A stretch of DNA of 64,000 bases from a bacterium (GTDB lineage Bacteria > Patescibacteriota > Patescibacteriia > Veblenbacterales > UBA10138): positions 130,168 to 194,167 of the forward strand of contig JAGVEX010000015.1 of the NCBI GenBank assembly GCA_020057885.1. The letters run 5' to 3'. The notes below the pieces were generated by a model. The model saw only the letters and a program-made list of their open reading frames with translations. It had not been told where the DNA came from and did not search any database. Of the stretch, positions 8,864 through 18,621 are shown one piece after another. Numbering within the stretch: the first letter of the stretch is position 1; each line of letters opens with the position of its first letter. Both the position numbers and the translations under genes were made by a program.

Positions 8864-10621
8864 TTAACGCGGACCGCCGCCAGCACCATTAAGTTGCATC
8901 ATACTCCTCATGGCATCATTAGAACTGTTTGAGTTAGTGCTCGTACTACTAGTAGTAGTGCTGCTAAGTGTTTGCGTGATAACAGCATCGCCTTCATTAA
9001 GACCGCTCATAACTTCAATGTTTTTATCATCACTTAAACCTGTAGTAATAACTTTTTGCTGGGGCGTTCCGTTAACCAAAACCTGAACATAGCTAGTTTC
9101 GTTAGCTGTTTTAACTGCCGTGGCAGGAACTAATAAAACATCGATTTTTGATTCTGTAATAATATCCGCACTCATACTCATTCCCGATTTAATTCTGTCG
9201 TCCTGAACATCAAAAGCAATCGTAACACCATAACTAACCACACCTTGTGAAACAGTGCCTATAGAATCAATTTCTGCAACTGTTCCTGTTATTGTTAAAC
9301 CAGTAACAGCATCAAAGGTAATTGTTACTTTTTGTCCAATTTTAACATTAGCTAAATCAACTTCATTTAAAGTAATTTCCGCCATTTGTTGTTTTGTGAC
9401 TATAGTCGCAACAGCTGTACCAGAAGAGGCTGAATCACCGACTTTAACATCTACCGACGCTATCACACCATCAAATGGCGCTCTTATGTAATAATCACTA
9501 AGCTTTTCACGAGCATCTAGAAGTGCATTTTCTTTTTGTTGTATTGATAGTTCTTGCGCTTTAATATCCAACGGATCTGCCCCAGCCTTGAGCTCAGCTA
9601 GAGATGTTGTTTTTTCAGCTATAGACCTATCGGCGTTAGTAATATCATCTTTACCAGTCTGAATACCACTCTTAGCTGAAAGAAGATTAAGCAGATGTGT
9701 ATTAGTTTTACCAATATAAGTATTCAAACTAGAAATATAAGTATCAGCCAGTGAATTGTATTTTAAGTTTCGTTCGGTTAACTTATCTTCATAAAATTGA
9801 ATAAGATTATTTTCGCTCTTGGCCGCTTCAGCTATACTTCTTGTTGTTTCATATGTTTCGTTTATTAACACCTCTATAACGCTGGTATCTGAAGAACGAC
9901 TCACTGATTTGTAATCATCAAAACTTTTGTCATAAGCTGCTCTTGCTTTTTGATAAGCTTCATAGGCGTCATCGCTATATTTCTTTGCCAAAATATTATC
10001 ATCGTATGATTTAATAGCGTCTACATAATAATCCTTATTCCATTGTCCATTATTACCTAAAGTACTACCTAAAAGCGTATCTTGAAGCCCTGTTATTATT
10101 GTTGGCAAATCAAGGAACGCATTAGCTGCAGTATTAAAGGCATCCTCGTAAATTTTTTCCAAATTATCAATAGCCGTCTGCTTTGTTTCTTGAACCTGAA
10201 CCAAACTATTTTCCGCTTGAATAAGAGAAAGCTCACTGGCCGGCTGTTTTAATTTCTCTAATGATAACTTAGCAGATTCAAGACTTACTTCAGCATCTCT
10301 GATAGTTTTCTGCGCGTCACTTGAATCAAGTTGAACTAAAATATCTCCTTTTTTTACTGTTTGACCGTTTGTTGCAGCCACCCTAACAACATCTCCAGAA
10401 GTTTTTGGTTTAATATCTACCTGACTAGAAGCAGAAACTTGCCCCGTGCCGCTTACTGAGACTGTCAAATTACCTTTAGCGGCAGCCGAAGTAATATATT
10501 TGGTCGTAACAGAACTGCTACTAAAATTTTTATAAATAAAATAACCAGCCACCAGTACAACTATAATAATAAAACCGGACAAAACTTTTCGTTTTAATAT
10601 TTTTGAAACAAAATTCATCAT
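8864..10621 (-). CDS. HlyD/MacA-family periplasmic adaptor (membrane fusion protein)
   Basis: N-terminal TM, a long coiled-coil region, beta-barrel/lipoyl-like segments, and a Ser/Thr-rich low-complexity tail. Its position (adaptor-ATPase-permease) matches MacAB-type operons. Confidence 0.8.
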   Translation of the reverse strand: MMNFVSKILKRKVLSGFIIIVVLVAGYFIYKNFSSSSVTTKYITSAAAKGNLTVSVSGTGQVSASSQVDIKPKTSGDVVRVAATNGQTVKKGDILVQLDSSDAQKTIRDAEVSLESAKLSLEKLKQPASELSLIQAENSLVQVQETKQTAIDNLEKIYEDAFNTAANAFLDLPTIITGLQDTLLGSTLGNNGQWNKDYYVDAIKSYDDNILAKKYSDDAYEAYQKARAAYDKSFDDYKSVSRSSDTSVIEVLINETYETTRSIAEAAKSENNLIQFYEDKLTERNLKYNSLADTYISSLNTYIGKTNTHLLNLLSAKSGIQTGKDDITNADRSIAEKTTSLAELKAGADPLDIKAQELSIQQKENALLDAREKLSDYYIRAPFDGVIASVDVKVGDSASSGTAVATIVTKQQMAEITLNEVDLANVKIGQKVTITFDAVTGLTITGTVAEIDSIGTVSQGVVSYGVTIAFDVQDDRIKSGMSMSADIITESKIDVLLVPATAVKTANETSYVQVLVNGTPQQKVITTGLSDDKNIEVMSGLNEGDAVITQTLSSTTTSSTSTNSNSSNDAMRSMMQLNGAGGGPR

Positions 10622-10638
10622 AAAATATTTTTATTTTA

Positions 10639-11130
10639 TTAAGGTCTTGGCATCATTGGTAATGGTGCAAGCGGAAGAGCTCCAGAAGGATCAAATACGC
10701 GTATCATTTTTGCCAATACCGATCCATTATTTTGCGGAGAGCCAATTACTACAATACGGTCGTCAACTTTTAAATCAGATGATTGAATAGCCTGCCTGCC
10801 TTTGTTGATCGTCGTAGTGCTATCGGTGGCAATAATCTTTTCAACATTGTCGGATCCTTTAACAATTATTAAACCGCTATCGATTTTAATAATACTACCA
10901 GCTACGCCGTGCCCACTGGTAAAATCTCTGCCCTCAAAATCATTTAAAAAACCGCCTCTGGGTCCGCCAAACGCACGGTGATAATTATCACCCCAACCAA
11001 AAGTAAAATTAGCTTTTCTAAAACCAATAAATACGCCAAGTTGAAATACTAGCAATAAAACAATCAACCCACCCAATCCCATAAGTACCAATTTAAATTG
11101 TTTTGACTTAAAAAAATTTTGTATATCCAT
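10639..11130 (-). CDS. Small membrane-anchored beta-rich protein (paralog B of 6433-6879)
   Basis: N-terminal TM plus a C-terminal domain similar to ORF 6433-6879. Lies between the anti-sigma candidate and HlyD. Confidence 0.5.
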   Translation of the reverse strand: MDIQNFFKSKQFKLVLMGLGGLIVLLLVFQLGVFIGFRKANFTFGWGDNYHRAFGGPRGGFLNDFEGRDFTSGHGVAGSIIKIDSGLIIVKGSDNVEKIIATDSTTTINKGRQAIQSSDLKVDDRIVVIGSPQNNGSVLAKMIRVFDPSGALPLAPLPMMPRP

Positions 11131-11134
11131 ATTA

Positions 11135-11566
11135 TTATATTTTATTAACTAAATTAAAATTATGTTGATGATTAAAAATTATTTTACCATATTTAAATTC
11201 AGATTTGATTACTAAAAGCAGGGCAAATGCCACTGCAAGTAATTCAACGGTGCTAATAATAGGCAATGATTCCAATAAACTAAGGCCAAAATTCTGCCAC
11301 TCTGCAATTATTAGATTAAAATCGTAAAATAATAATGATACATACTGATCAAAGCCAGATTGGGTCATGTTAAATTGGAACGACTGCCAAATTGGAATAA
11401 TTGCGGCCAAGATTATTAACAAAAAGGCAGAGACTAGACTAAATCGGCGTATAGCCATAAGCCTTTTTTGCCTATCAATCCGAAGCATGACTTTATCAAG
11501 CAAGCCAGATGGTGCTTCTATAAATCCTTGATTAATAGGGTTTTTATTATCAGTTTGCATAACCAT
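11135..11566 (-). CDS. Putative membrane anti-sigma factor (2-3 TM), immediately downstream of the ECF sigma gene
   Basis: Call based on position only. The start is placed at the internal ATG (MVMQTDNK...) because the ORF-track start at 11596 lies inside a strong hairpin. Confidence 0.35.
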   Translation of the reverse strand: MVMQTDNKNPINQGFIEAPSGLLDKVMLRIDRQKRLMAIRRFSLVSAFLLIILAAIIPIWQSFQFNMTQSGFDQYVSLLFYDFNLIIAEWQNFGLSLLESLPIISTVELLAVAFALLLVIKSEFKYGKIIFNHQHNFNLVNKI

Positions 11567-11583
11567 ACTTAATATTAATACGA

Positions 11584-11618
11584 AACAAGGATGCATTTTG
11601 GTGCATCCTTGTTTTTAT
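11584..11618 (+). terminator. 12-bp stem hairpin AACAAGGATGCA-ttttgg-TGCATCCTTGTT followed by TTTTTA; plus-strand-oriented intrinsic terminator between the sigma and anti-sigma genes
   Basis: Seen in sequence. The T-run is strong only on the plus strand. On the minus strand the trailing sequence is TTTCGTATT. Confidence 0.5.
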
Positions 11619-11716
11619 GCTTGATACAAGGAGGTAATGTCCTTTTATCCAAGCAGAGAGCTGGGCTAAAAAATGCTCCCATATATAAATACATCCACCA
11701 CGCCAAATTTGGTGCA

Positions 11717-12283
11717 TTAAATGCCTAATATTTTTTTAAGCAAAGATAAAGCGCGACGATAACGGCTTTTAACAGTATTTATTGATTCATTGTTTAACTC
11801 AGCAATCTCTCTAAAATTTAAATCTTTTTGATGATGCAATGAAACAACTTCGGCATATTTTGGCGTAAGCTTACCTATAGCACCGCTTAATTTATCTGAC
11901 AATAAAGTATTCTCTGCTTTTATATCCGTTTGTTGAAACTCATCAACCAAATGCTCCTCTAACCAATTATCTCCCTCTTCTCTGTCAAAATTAGAAAAAG
12001 GAATGGCTGATTTTTTCTTTAAAAGATCTAGGGCAGTATTCTTAATTATCTGATAAAGCCAAGGTTTAAATTTCTTAGTCTGATCAAATTTATGCAAATT
12101 GCGCCAAATTTTAACAAATACATCTTGGGTAATGTCTTCCGCGTCGTCACTATTACGCACATACCTATAAGCAAAGTTATATACCAACTTCAAATAACGC
12201 GCTACCAAAACCTCCAACGCTTCTTTGTTGTCATCAATTGCCAATTTAACCAATTGTTCGTCTGAATAATTATTCATACCCAA
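11717..12283 (-). CDS. RNA polymerase sigma-70 family ECF sigma factor
   Basis: 188 aa. Region 2 (VARYLKLVYNFAYRYVRNSDDAEDITQDVFVKIW) and region 4 (NFREIAELNNESINTVKSRYRRA) are recognisable. Confidence 0.85.
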   Translation of the reverse strand: MGMNNYSDEQLVKLAIDDNKEALEVLVARYLKLVYNFAYRYVRNSDDAEDITQDVFVKIWRNLHKFDQTKKFKPWLYQIIKNTALDLLKKKSAIPFSNFDREEGDNWLEEHLVDEFQQTDIKAENTLLSDKLSGAIGKLTPKYAEVVSLHHQKDLNFREIAELNNESINTVKSRYRRALSLLKKILGI

Positions 12284-12309
12284 ACATTATACACTGCTTA
12301 CAAGATTAA

Positions 12310-12834
12310 CTATAAATTCGATTTGGGTGGTGTTTGTTTTGAACGGATACTTTCTATTTCGTTTAATAATTGTTTAAGCGTGCTTTCTATCTTACTATAA
12401 TCGCTCATAGAAGGGACGTGCTCTTTTTTGTTTTCACTGGAAAGCTCATCAACATCTTCTGAAATATCCTCTACGTCTTCTGATAAGCCCTCCACATCTT
12501 CAGAAATTTCTTCAACATTTTTAGTAACCTCTTCCACATCTTCGGCTACATCCTCAATATCCTCGGCCACTTCTTCTAAAGTTTCACTATGCCGATTAAC
12601 AGTATATTGAATTAAAATTGCCAAATAAATAGCCTCTAACGAAACTATGGTGGTTAATATTAAAAGTACTTCTTCCATAGAAAAACCAAAAATGGGGGCT
12701 ACTACAACTCCCGCGAATATTATTGTATGCGTAACAAGAGAACTGGTTGAACCAATCCACCTCGTTAAACGATGTGTAATAACATCAAGTCTGGTTAGTT
12801 GAGGCTTAATATTTTGTTTAATTTCCTCAGACAT
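12310..12834 (-). CDS. DUF1003-like membrane protein with a C-terminal acidic 8-residue tandem-repeat tail
   Basis: 2 TM. SLEAIYLAILIQYTVNRHSETLEE resembles the DUF1003 core. The tail is EDIEDVAEDVEEVTKNVEEISEDVEGLSEDVEDISEDVDELS. Confidence 0.5.
   Translation of the reverse strand: MSEEIKQNIKPQLTRLDVITHRLTRWIGSTSSLVTHTIIFAGVVVAPIFGFSMEEVLLILTTIVSLEAIYLAILIQYTVNRHSETLEEVAEDIEDVAEDVEEVTKNVEEISEDVEGLSEDVEDISEDVDELSSENKKEHVPSMSDYSKIESTLKQLLNEIESIRSKQTPPKSNL
12428..12610. repeat. Imperfect tandem ~24-nt repeats (about 6 units) that encode the acidic tail of ORF 12310-12834
   Basis: Seen in sequence: recurring ...atcttc(a/t)gaaat(a/t)tc(c/t)tc(t/a)ac(g/a)t... units. Confidence 0.6.
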
Positions 12835-12855
12835 GGCTAAATTATAACACGATAT

Positions 12856-12885
12856 TTAAAAACAGTCCTCATAGACTGTTTTTAA
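12856..12885. terminator. Hairpin AAAAACAGTC-ctcata-GACTGTTTTT; bidirectional terminator-like, 3' of the MazG/NUDIX operon
   Basis: Seen in sequence. Same arm sequence as the hairpin at 6376-6410. Confidence 0.5.
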
Positions 12886-12919
12886 ATAATAATTTTGTGA
12901 CGTTTTAAAACTAACTCTT

Positions 12920-13285
12920 CTATAATTCGGTATATTTGGAATGTTTTCCGTGTGACTTGGAAATAGGATATTTATTCTCATTTTGCTTTAATTTTTTCTC
13001 TAAGGCCTCACAAATATCAATACCCAAATCACTGCTAAATAATAACACCCAATAAAATACATCAGCCAGCTCCTCTCCAATATCATCTTTATTAGTCTTA
13101 ATATAATTTTCTATTTCTTCCTTGTTTTTCCACTGAAAATGCTCAAGCACTTCAGCCGCCTCCAATACTAATGACAAAGCCAAATCTTTGGGATTATGAA
13201 ACTGTTTCCAATCCCTGGCATCTCTAAACTCTATTATTTTTTCTGTTAGCTCTTTAATATCTGATATACGGTTATATTTTAACAA
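12920..13285 (-). CDS. MazG-like nucleoside triphosphate pyrophosphohydrolase (small all-alpha type)
   Basis: 121 aa. The EAAEVLEHFQWK and EELADVFYWVLL motifs are typical of the MazG / dCTPase-like family. Confidence 0.7.
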   Translation of the reverse strand: MLKYNRISDIKELTEKIIEFRDARDWKQFHNPKDLALSLVLEAAEVLEHFQWKNKEEIENYIKTNKDDIGEELADVFYWVLLFSSDLGIDICEALEKKLKQNENKYPISKSHGKHSKYTEL

Positions 13286-13309
13286 TTATTTATCCTGTAC
13301 TTACCGGTT

Positions 13310-13735
13310 TTATTTCCGCGTCTGCAGAAAAGTTTTTAAATCTAACCTTGTCTTTTCAGTCAAATTATATTCAAAAACCTTATCAAATGGAATCCAGTCA
13401 AATCCCTCTCCTTCACCCAGTCGCATTTGTGATTTATTTAAATCACTCTCAATAAAAAATACATACCTATGGGTCTGCAATTCTTCGTTAAAATAATCAC
13501 AGAGCGACTCAATTTTATCTAGTGGTATTTCTATATTCAATTCTTCCCTAATTTCCCTCACAAATGTCTGCTTGGGCTCTTCTTCACCTCTGTTCAAGCC
13601 ACCAAAGAATGCCCATTTATTTGCGTTCACTTTTGTTTTTGTATCTCTTTTATGTAACAAAACTGATTCAATTTTAGAGTTATATAGAAATCCACCAGCG
13701 TAAAATTTTTCTTTTTTCATATTCCTACGCCCCAT
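13310..13735 (-). CDS. NUDIX hydrolase
   Basis: Nudix box GGLNRGEEEPKQTFVREIREELNI. Confidence 0.75.
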   Translation of the reverse strand: MGRRNMKKEKFYAGGFLYNSKIESVLLHKRDTKTKVNANKWAFFGGLNRGEEEPKQTFVREIREELNIEIPLDKIESLCDYFNEELQTHRYVFFIESDLNKSQMRLGEGEGFDWIPFDKVFEYNLTEKTRLDLKTFLQTRK

Positions 13736-13842
13736 AGCATTTTTTATCCCAGTAGTAGAAGCTTCGCTCCACTACGGGACTGCGCTACATTTATCTCTTT
13801 AAATAAAATTTGCAATATATTTAACTTTAATTATATAAGAAT

Positions 13843-16563
13843 TTACATTCCATGGCATCGCTTGTACTTCTTGCCACTCCCACATGGACAAAGGTCGTTG
13901 CGGCCGACTTTGTGCCCTTCAACATCACGCGGTTTAGAGGTTACTGCTCCGCCACCTATTAACGCCGAAGAAAAAACATCCTTGCCCTCAGCCATAGTTT
14001 TAGCAGGACCCTTCTCCTGCATTTGAAAGCGCGGAGCCTCTTGCTCACGTATTAAATTTTGCACTACCGCTGTTTTATAAATATTGTAAACCACCTCGTC
14101 CTGAATAGAGGCTAATAAATCTTTAAACATTTTATATCCTTCGCGTTTATATTCAACCAAAGGGTCTCGTTGGCCATAACCCTGCAAACTAATGCCGCCT
14201 CGCAAATGATCCATAGCTGTTAAATGCTTTACCCACAAACCATCAATTGAACGTAAGAGTAAAGTTTTTTCTGCTTCACGCATAATATTTTTGTGATTAG
14301 GTAAGCCTGCTTTGATAGCATTACTCGTTAACTCATGCTCTAGTTTTTCATAAGCCTCATGTGCTAATTTTTCAAGATAAGTAATAATTTTAGCGCGTGC
14401 TTTAGCATCGGCCGAAGCATCCCCCGCCTCTGCCTCTAACTCATCTAATTTTTTTCTCACTTCGCGTGGGATTAGGAAAACGGAATGAACCACTTCATAA
14501 ATTTCTTCTAAATTCCATTTTGATTCATCTTCTAATGCTGTATGAAAAGCCACTACCTCAGAAATTTCTTTATCCACCATTTCTAGTACCTGCGCTTTAA
14601 TGTCGGGCAAATTATCCTGAGCCGCGCGCAAAACTTCACGACGGCGATTATAAACCGCTTCACGTTGTTTATTTAGCACGTCATCATATTCCACCAAGTG
14701 TTTACGAATATCAAAATTATTGCCTTCTACTTTTTTTTGAGCTGTGGCAATAGATTTCGAAACTAAACTATTTTCAATTGGCATATCGTCGGGCAAACCT
14801 AACCGTGCCATTAAACCTTTTACACGGTCGCCACCAAATATACGCATTAAATCATCTTCCAAGCTCACATAAAACTGCGATGAACCCGGGTCACCCTGAC
14901 GACCGCTACGACCACGCAACTGATTATCAATACGGCGCGCTTCGTGCCGTTCAGTACCCAAAACGTGCAAACCGCCAGCCTGGCGCACAAAATCAGCCTC
15001 CGTTTCATCGGGCGGTGAACCACCCAAAATAATATCCACACCGCGGCCTGCCATGTTAGTAGCAATAGTTACTGCACCACGGCGACCAGCTTGCGCTATA
15101 ATGGCCGCTTCACGCTCGTGGTTTTTAGCATTCAAAAGTTCATGCGGCACGCCTTCGCCCTGTAACAGTTCGGATAAAACCTCATTTCTTTCAATAGAAA
15201 TTGTACCCACCAGCACGGGTTGTCCAGCCGCGTGCAAACGCTTAATTTCTTCCACCACTGCTTTAAACTTACCTGTTTCATTTTTATAAATTCTATCTGA
15301 CAAATCTTGCCTTATCATTGGTTTGTTGGTCGGAATAGAAACAACATCAAGTTTATAAATTTTATAAAACTCTTCTGCTTCGGTAACAGCCGTACCTGTC
15401 ATGCCGGCCAATTTTTCGTATAATCTAAAATAATTCTGAAAAGTAATGGTAGCTAGAGTTAATGATTCGCGCTGGATTTTTACATTTTCTTTGGCCTCAA
15501 TAGCCTGATGCAAGCCTTCGGAATAACGGCGACCAAACATTAAACGGCCGGTAAACTCATCCACAATAACAATTTCGTCATCACGGACCACGTATTCACG
15601 ATCGCGCTTAAAAAGCGCTTTAGCTTTTACGGCCTGCTCTAAATGATGCACCATTTCAAAACCACCCTCTTCATACAAATTTTTTACCTCCAACCACTTT
15701 TCAGCCTTATTAATCCCCTCTTCAGTTAAAGTAGTAGCACGCATTTTTTCATCTAGGTTATAATCTGTATTCTCCTGCAAATTATCAACAAAGCGGGCGA
15801 CGTCATAATATTTTTGTACTGCCTCTTCCGCTGGCGCGGAAATAATTAGAGGCGTACGGGCCTCATCAATTAAAATTGAGTCAACCTCGTCGACAATAGC
15901 ATAGTGCAGTGGGCGCTGTACCATTTCTTCCAAACGCCACACCATGTTATCGCGCAAATAATCAAAACCAAATTCATTGTTAGTGCCATAAGTAATATCG
16001 GCGTGGTAAGCTTCGCGGCGCGGCACTAAACGCAAATTCGCAAAAGTAGGATCTTCTTTAACAACTGTCGGATCGTATAAATAAGCTGACTCGTGATTAA
16101 TACAAGCCACGCTTAAACCAAGGCTGGAATACACTTTGCCCATCCAAATACAGTCACGGCGAGCCAAATAATCGTTCACGGTTATCACATGCACGCCTTT
16201 ACTCGCCAACGCGTTTAAATAAACCGGCGCAGTAGCGGTAAGAGTTTTTCCTTCACCTGTTCTCATTTCCGCAATTTGACCACGATGCAAAACAACGCCG
16301 CCGATTAACTGCGCATCAAAATGTCTTTGTTTTAATACACGACTAGAGGCTTCTCTCACTACCGCAAAAGCCTCCGCTAAAATATCATCTAAATTCTCGC
16401 CCTTATTAAGCCGCTCGCGAAATTCAACCGTACGGTTTTTAAGAGCTTCGTCGCTTAATTTTTTAACTTCTTCTTCTAGTGCATTTATGCCATCAACCAA
16501 CGGTCGGATTTTTTGCACCGCCCGTTCATTTGGATCGCCAAATAATTTAGTTAAGAAGGACAT
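13843..16563 (-). CDS. secA: Preprotein translocase ATPase SecA
   Basis: 906 aa with DEAD-like motor motifs ([21 protein letters not shown]), a helical scaffold, and a C-terminal zinc finger [14 protein letters not shown]. Confidence 0.95.
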   Translation of the reverse strand: MSFLTKLFGDPNERAVQKIRPLVDGINALEEEVKKLSDEALKNRTVEFRERLNKGENLDDILAEAFAVVREASSRVLKQRHFDAQLIGGVVLHRGQIAEMRTGEGKTLTATAPVYLNALASKGVHVITVNDYLARRDCIWMGKVYSSLGLSVACINHESAYLYDPTVVKEDPTFANLRLVPRREAYHADITYGTNNEFGFDYLRDNMVWRLEEMVQRPLHYAIVDEVDSILIDEARTPLIISAPAEEAVQKYYDVARFVDNLQENTDYNLDEKMRATTLTEEGINKAEKWLEVKNLYEEGGFEMVHHLEQAVKAKALFKRDREYVVRDDEIVIVDEFTGRLMFGRRYSEGLHQAIEAKENVKIQRESLTLATITFQNYFRLYEKLAGMTGTAVTEAEEFYKIYKLDVVSIPTNKPMIRQDLSDRIYKNETGKFKAVVEEIKRLHAAGQPVLVGTISIERNEVLSELLQGEGVPHELLNAKNHEREAAIIAQAGRRGAVTIATNMAGRGVDIILGGSPPDETEADFVRQAGGLHVLGTERHEARRIDNQLRGRSGRQGDPGSSQFYVSLEDDLMRIFGGDRVKGLMARLGLPDDMPIENSLVSKSIATAQKKVEGNNFDIRKHLVEYDDVLNKQREAVYNRRREVLRAAQDNLPDIKAQVLEMVDKEISEVVAFHTALEDESKWNLEEIYEVVHSVFLIPREVRKKLDELEAEAGDASADAKARAKIITYLEKLAHEAYEKLEHELTSNAIKAGLPNHKNIMREAEKTLLLRSIDGLWVKHLTAMDHLRGGISLQGYGQRDPLVEYKREGYKMFKDLLASIQDEVVYNIYKTAVVQNLIREQEAPRFQMQEKGPAKTMAEGKDVFSSALIGGGAVTSKPRDVEGHKVGRNDLCPCGSGKKYKRCHGM

Positions 16564-16600
16564 ACAATAGTGTAAATTACTGTAACATTTTTAATACCTC

Positions 16601-16629
16601 TTGACAAGAGATTAGCCATATGATACTAT
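16601..16629 (+). promoter_or_regulatory. Sigma70-like promoter: TTGACA, 17 nt, TACTAT; upstream of ORF 16718
   Basis: Seen in sequence. The -10 assignment is approximate; a GATACT alternative exists. Confidence 0.4.
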
Positions 16630-16717
16630 TGTCTGTTAATAATTATAAAAATTAAAACATAAGAATATAAATAAAAAAACAAACAAATTTCTCATTAATA
16701 ATCTAAGAGGTAAAACC

Positions 16718-17227
16718 ATGAAAGAGTTTAAAATATTTATCGGAGTGATTTTTTGTCTGATCTTTGTGGTATGGTGTGCTACTGAACTTTATAGATACAT
16801 AACATTCAATATAGATGTTACTGATCGCCTTAAAAGAGCAGCGGACGCCAATACCATAGAATTGGCAATACAAGAAATGGATTATGTGATATCGTTCATT
16901 GAAAAAAAAGACTTAACTGATGGGTACACATCAGTTATATATAAAACACCAGATGAAGATGTTGGATTTTGGTACAACAATTTGAAAGCTTCATTACTGG
17001 AATTAAAAAAGGTTGAGCCAGCCACGACTCAGTTAGAAAAGTCAAACATCCTAATGAAACTCCGGGAAACATTAGTTGACCACGAAAAAGATGGTGTTAA
17101 TGTTACAATGCCCACAGGGATTAGTTTATTTCCATACAACGTCATCTTCGGCATCTGGGGAATAATAAATATAATATTACTTATCGTTGCTATAATACTT
17201 TTCACCTCCGCATATAACGAATGGTAA
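16718..17227 (+). CDS. Hypothetical membrane protein (N- and C-terminal TM helices around a soluble domain)
   Basis: 169 aa ORF with an AG-rich RBS (taagaggtaaaaccATG), its own promoter and a downstream terminator. No recognisable motif. Confidence 0.5.
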   Translation: MKEFKIFIGVIFCLIFVVWCATELYRYITFNIDVTDRLKRAADANTIELAIQEMDYVISFIEKKDLTDGYTSVIYKTPDEDVGFWYNNLKASLLELKKVEPATTQLEKSNILMKLRETLVDHEKDGVNVTMPTGISLFPYNVIFGIWGIINIILLIVAIILFTSAYNEW

Positions 17228-17251
17228 TTAAATTTAAAAGGAAAAATTGCC

Positions 17252-17284
17252 AACCCTAGCTTAAAAAACTAGGGTTTTTATTTA
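17252..17284 (+). terminator. Intrinsic terminator AACCCTAG-cttaaaaaa-CTAGGGTT followed by TTTTATTT
   Basis: Seen in sequence directly after the stop codon of ORF 16718-17227. Confidence 0.55.
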
Positions 17285-17395
17285 AATTAGTAAAACCATG
17301 CCTTTCTAGTACAAAATTTGACAAGTCCAATAAACCTGCTAAAGTATTGACAATTTGGATACAAAACAAAAAATAAACAATATGGAGCAATCATT

Positions 17396-17671
17396 ATGAT
17401 CAAACAAAAATTTCTTTTTCACTTCACTATCCCATACATACCCAACCACATGACAAGCACTGTGGCTATAGATAAAATAAAAAAATACACTGGCCGAAAA
17501 AGTTTTCAAATTGGCAACCGAGCCGCTATCTCATTTAGCGCCACACTGACCATGAAGGCAAAAAATAAAAACAATATCAATATTCTGCTTGTCAAAATCG
17601 TTAAACAACTAAAAGAATCAAAAAAACTAAACCATAGTGGAATAAAATTTTTAAAAACAGAAATTGATTAA
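17396..17671 (+). CDS. Hypothetical small basic protein
   Basis: 91-aa ORF, Lys-rich, no recognisable motif. Sits in an AT-rich plus-strand islet between secA and speB. Confidence 0.3.
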   Translation: MIKQKFLFHFTIPYIPNHMTSTVAIDKIKKYTGRKSFQIGNRAAISFSATLTMKAKNKNNINILLVKIVKQLKESKKLNHSGIKFLKTEID

Positions 17672-17693
17672 AAAAATTAATCACTATTACAAA

Positions 17694-17730
17694 ACTCCCG
17701 CTTGATTAACAAACGGGAGTAATTTATTTT
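17694..17730. terminator. Bidirectional terminator ACTCCCG-cttgattaacaaa-CGGGAGT with A/T runs on both sides
   Basis: Seen in sequence between convergent ORF 17396-17671 (+) and speB (-). Confidence 0.55.
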
Positions 17731-17748
17731 ACAAAAGAATAATATGCG

Positions 17749-18621
17749 TTATTTCTTACCAAAAAATGAATAGCCAATAATTTTATATCCTAGCTTGGCT
17801 GCCAAAAAATCACCAGCTGGTTGACCAGCAATCGGGGCAAGCTCCACAATGTCGGCTCCTACAATTTTTTTAACTTTTGCTACTTCTCGAATCAAATTAA
17901 TAACTTGATACCAATTTAATCCACCTGGCTCTGGTGTGCCTGTGCCTGGCATTATACTTGGATCAAAACCATCTACATCCACTGTAATATAAACTTGCTC
18001 ACTTAAACCTTTAAGCACTTGGGCAATAGGCACCTCTGGCGCTTGAAAAATTTTGTCACTAAGGCGCGCTTTTTTAATAAATTGCACGTCGTCTTCGCTT
18101 ACTGAACGAATGCCAACCGCCACAACTCCTACACCCAAATCATAAACCCGCTTCATAGCGCAAGCGTGGCTCCAGCGTGAACCTTGATACTCGTCGCGCA
18201 AATCAGTGTGTGCGTCAATTTGTAAAACCGAAAGATTTTTATAATTCTTTTTCAAAGCGGCCACTACCCCTGGTGTTATTGAATGCTCTCCACCCAAAAC
18301 CAATGGCCATTTTTTCTCTTTAAGAATATTACTAACGCCATCTTCTACTCTTTTTACTTGCGCCTCGGGACCAGACATATCTGGCTCAAGCTCAGGCAGG
18401 GTAAAAAAGCCAAGTTTGGAAAAATCTCGCCCCAGCTCGGCGTCCCATAATTCCACATGGCGCGAAGCTTCTATAATCGCGGCTGGACCTTTACTCGTAC
18501 CGCCGCCATAAGTAATAGTCGACTCGTAAGGCACAGGTAAAATAGCTACTTTAGCTTTAGGCCAAGAGGTATCTAATAATCCGCCATAATTGTAAGGTTC
18601 TTTGGAAAATTTAAGTTTCAT
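17749..18621 (-). CDS. speB: Agmatinase (arginase/ureohydrolase family)
   Basis: 290 aa with Mn-binding motifs GGEHSITPG, DAHTDL and SVDVDGFDPS. Adjacent to the arginine decarboxylase gene. Confidence 0.85.
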   Translation of the reverse strand: MKLKFSKEPYNYGGLLDTSWPKAKVAILPVPYESTITYGGGTSKGPAAIIEASRHVELWDAELGRDFSKLGFFTLPELEPDMSGPEAQVKRVEDGVSNILKEKKWPLVLGGEHSITPGVVAALKKNYKNLSVLQIDAHTDLRDEYQGSRWSHACAMKRVYDLGVGVVAVGIRSVSEDDVQFIKKARLSDKIFQAPEVPIAQVLKGLSEQVYITVDVDGFDPSIMPGTGTPEPGGLNWYQVINLIREVAKVKKIVGADIVELAPIAGQPAGDFLAAKLGYKIIGYSFFGKK

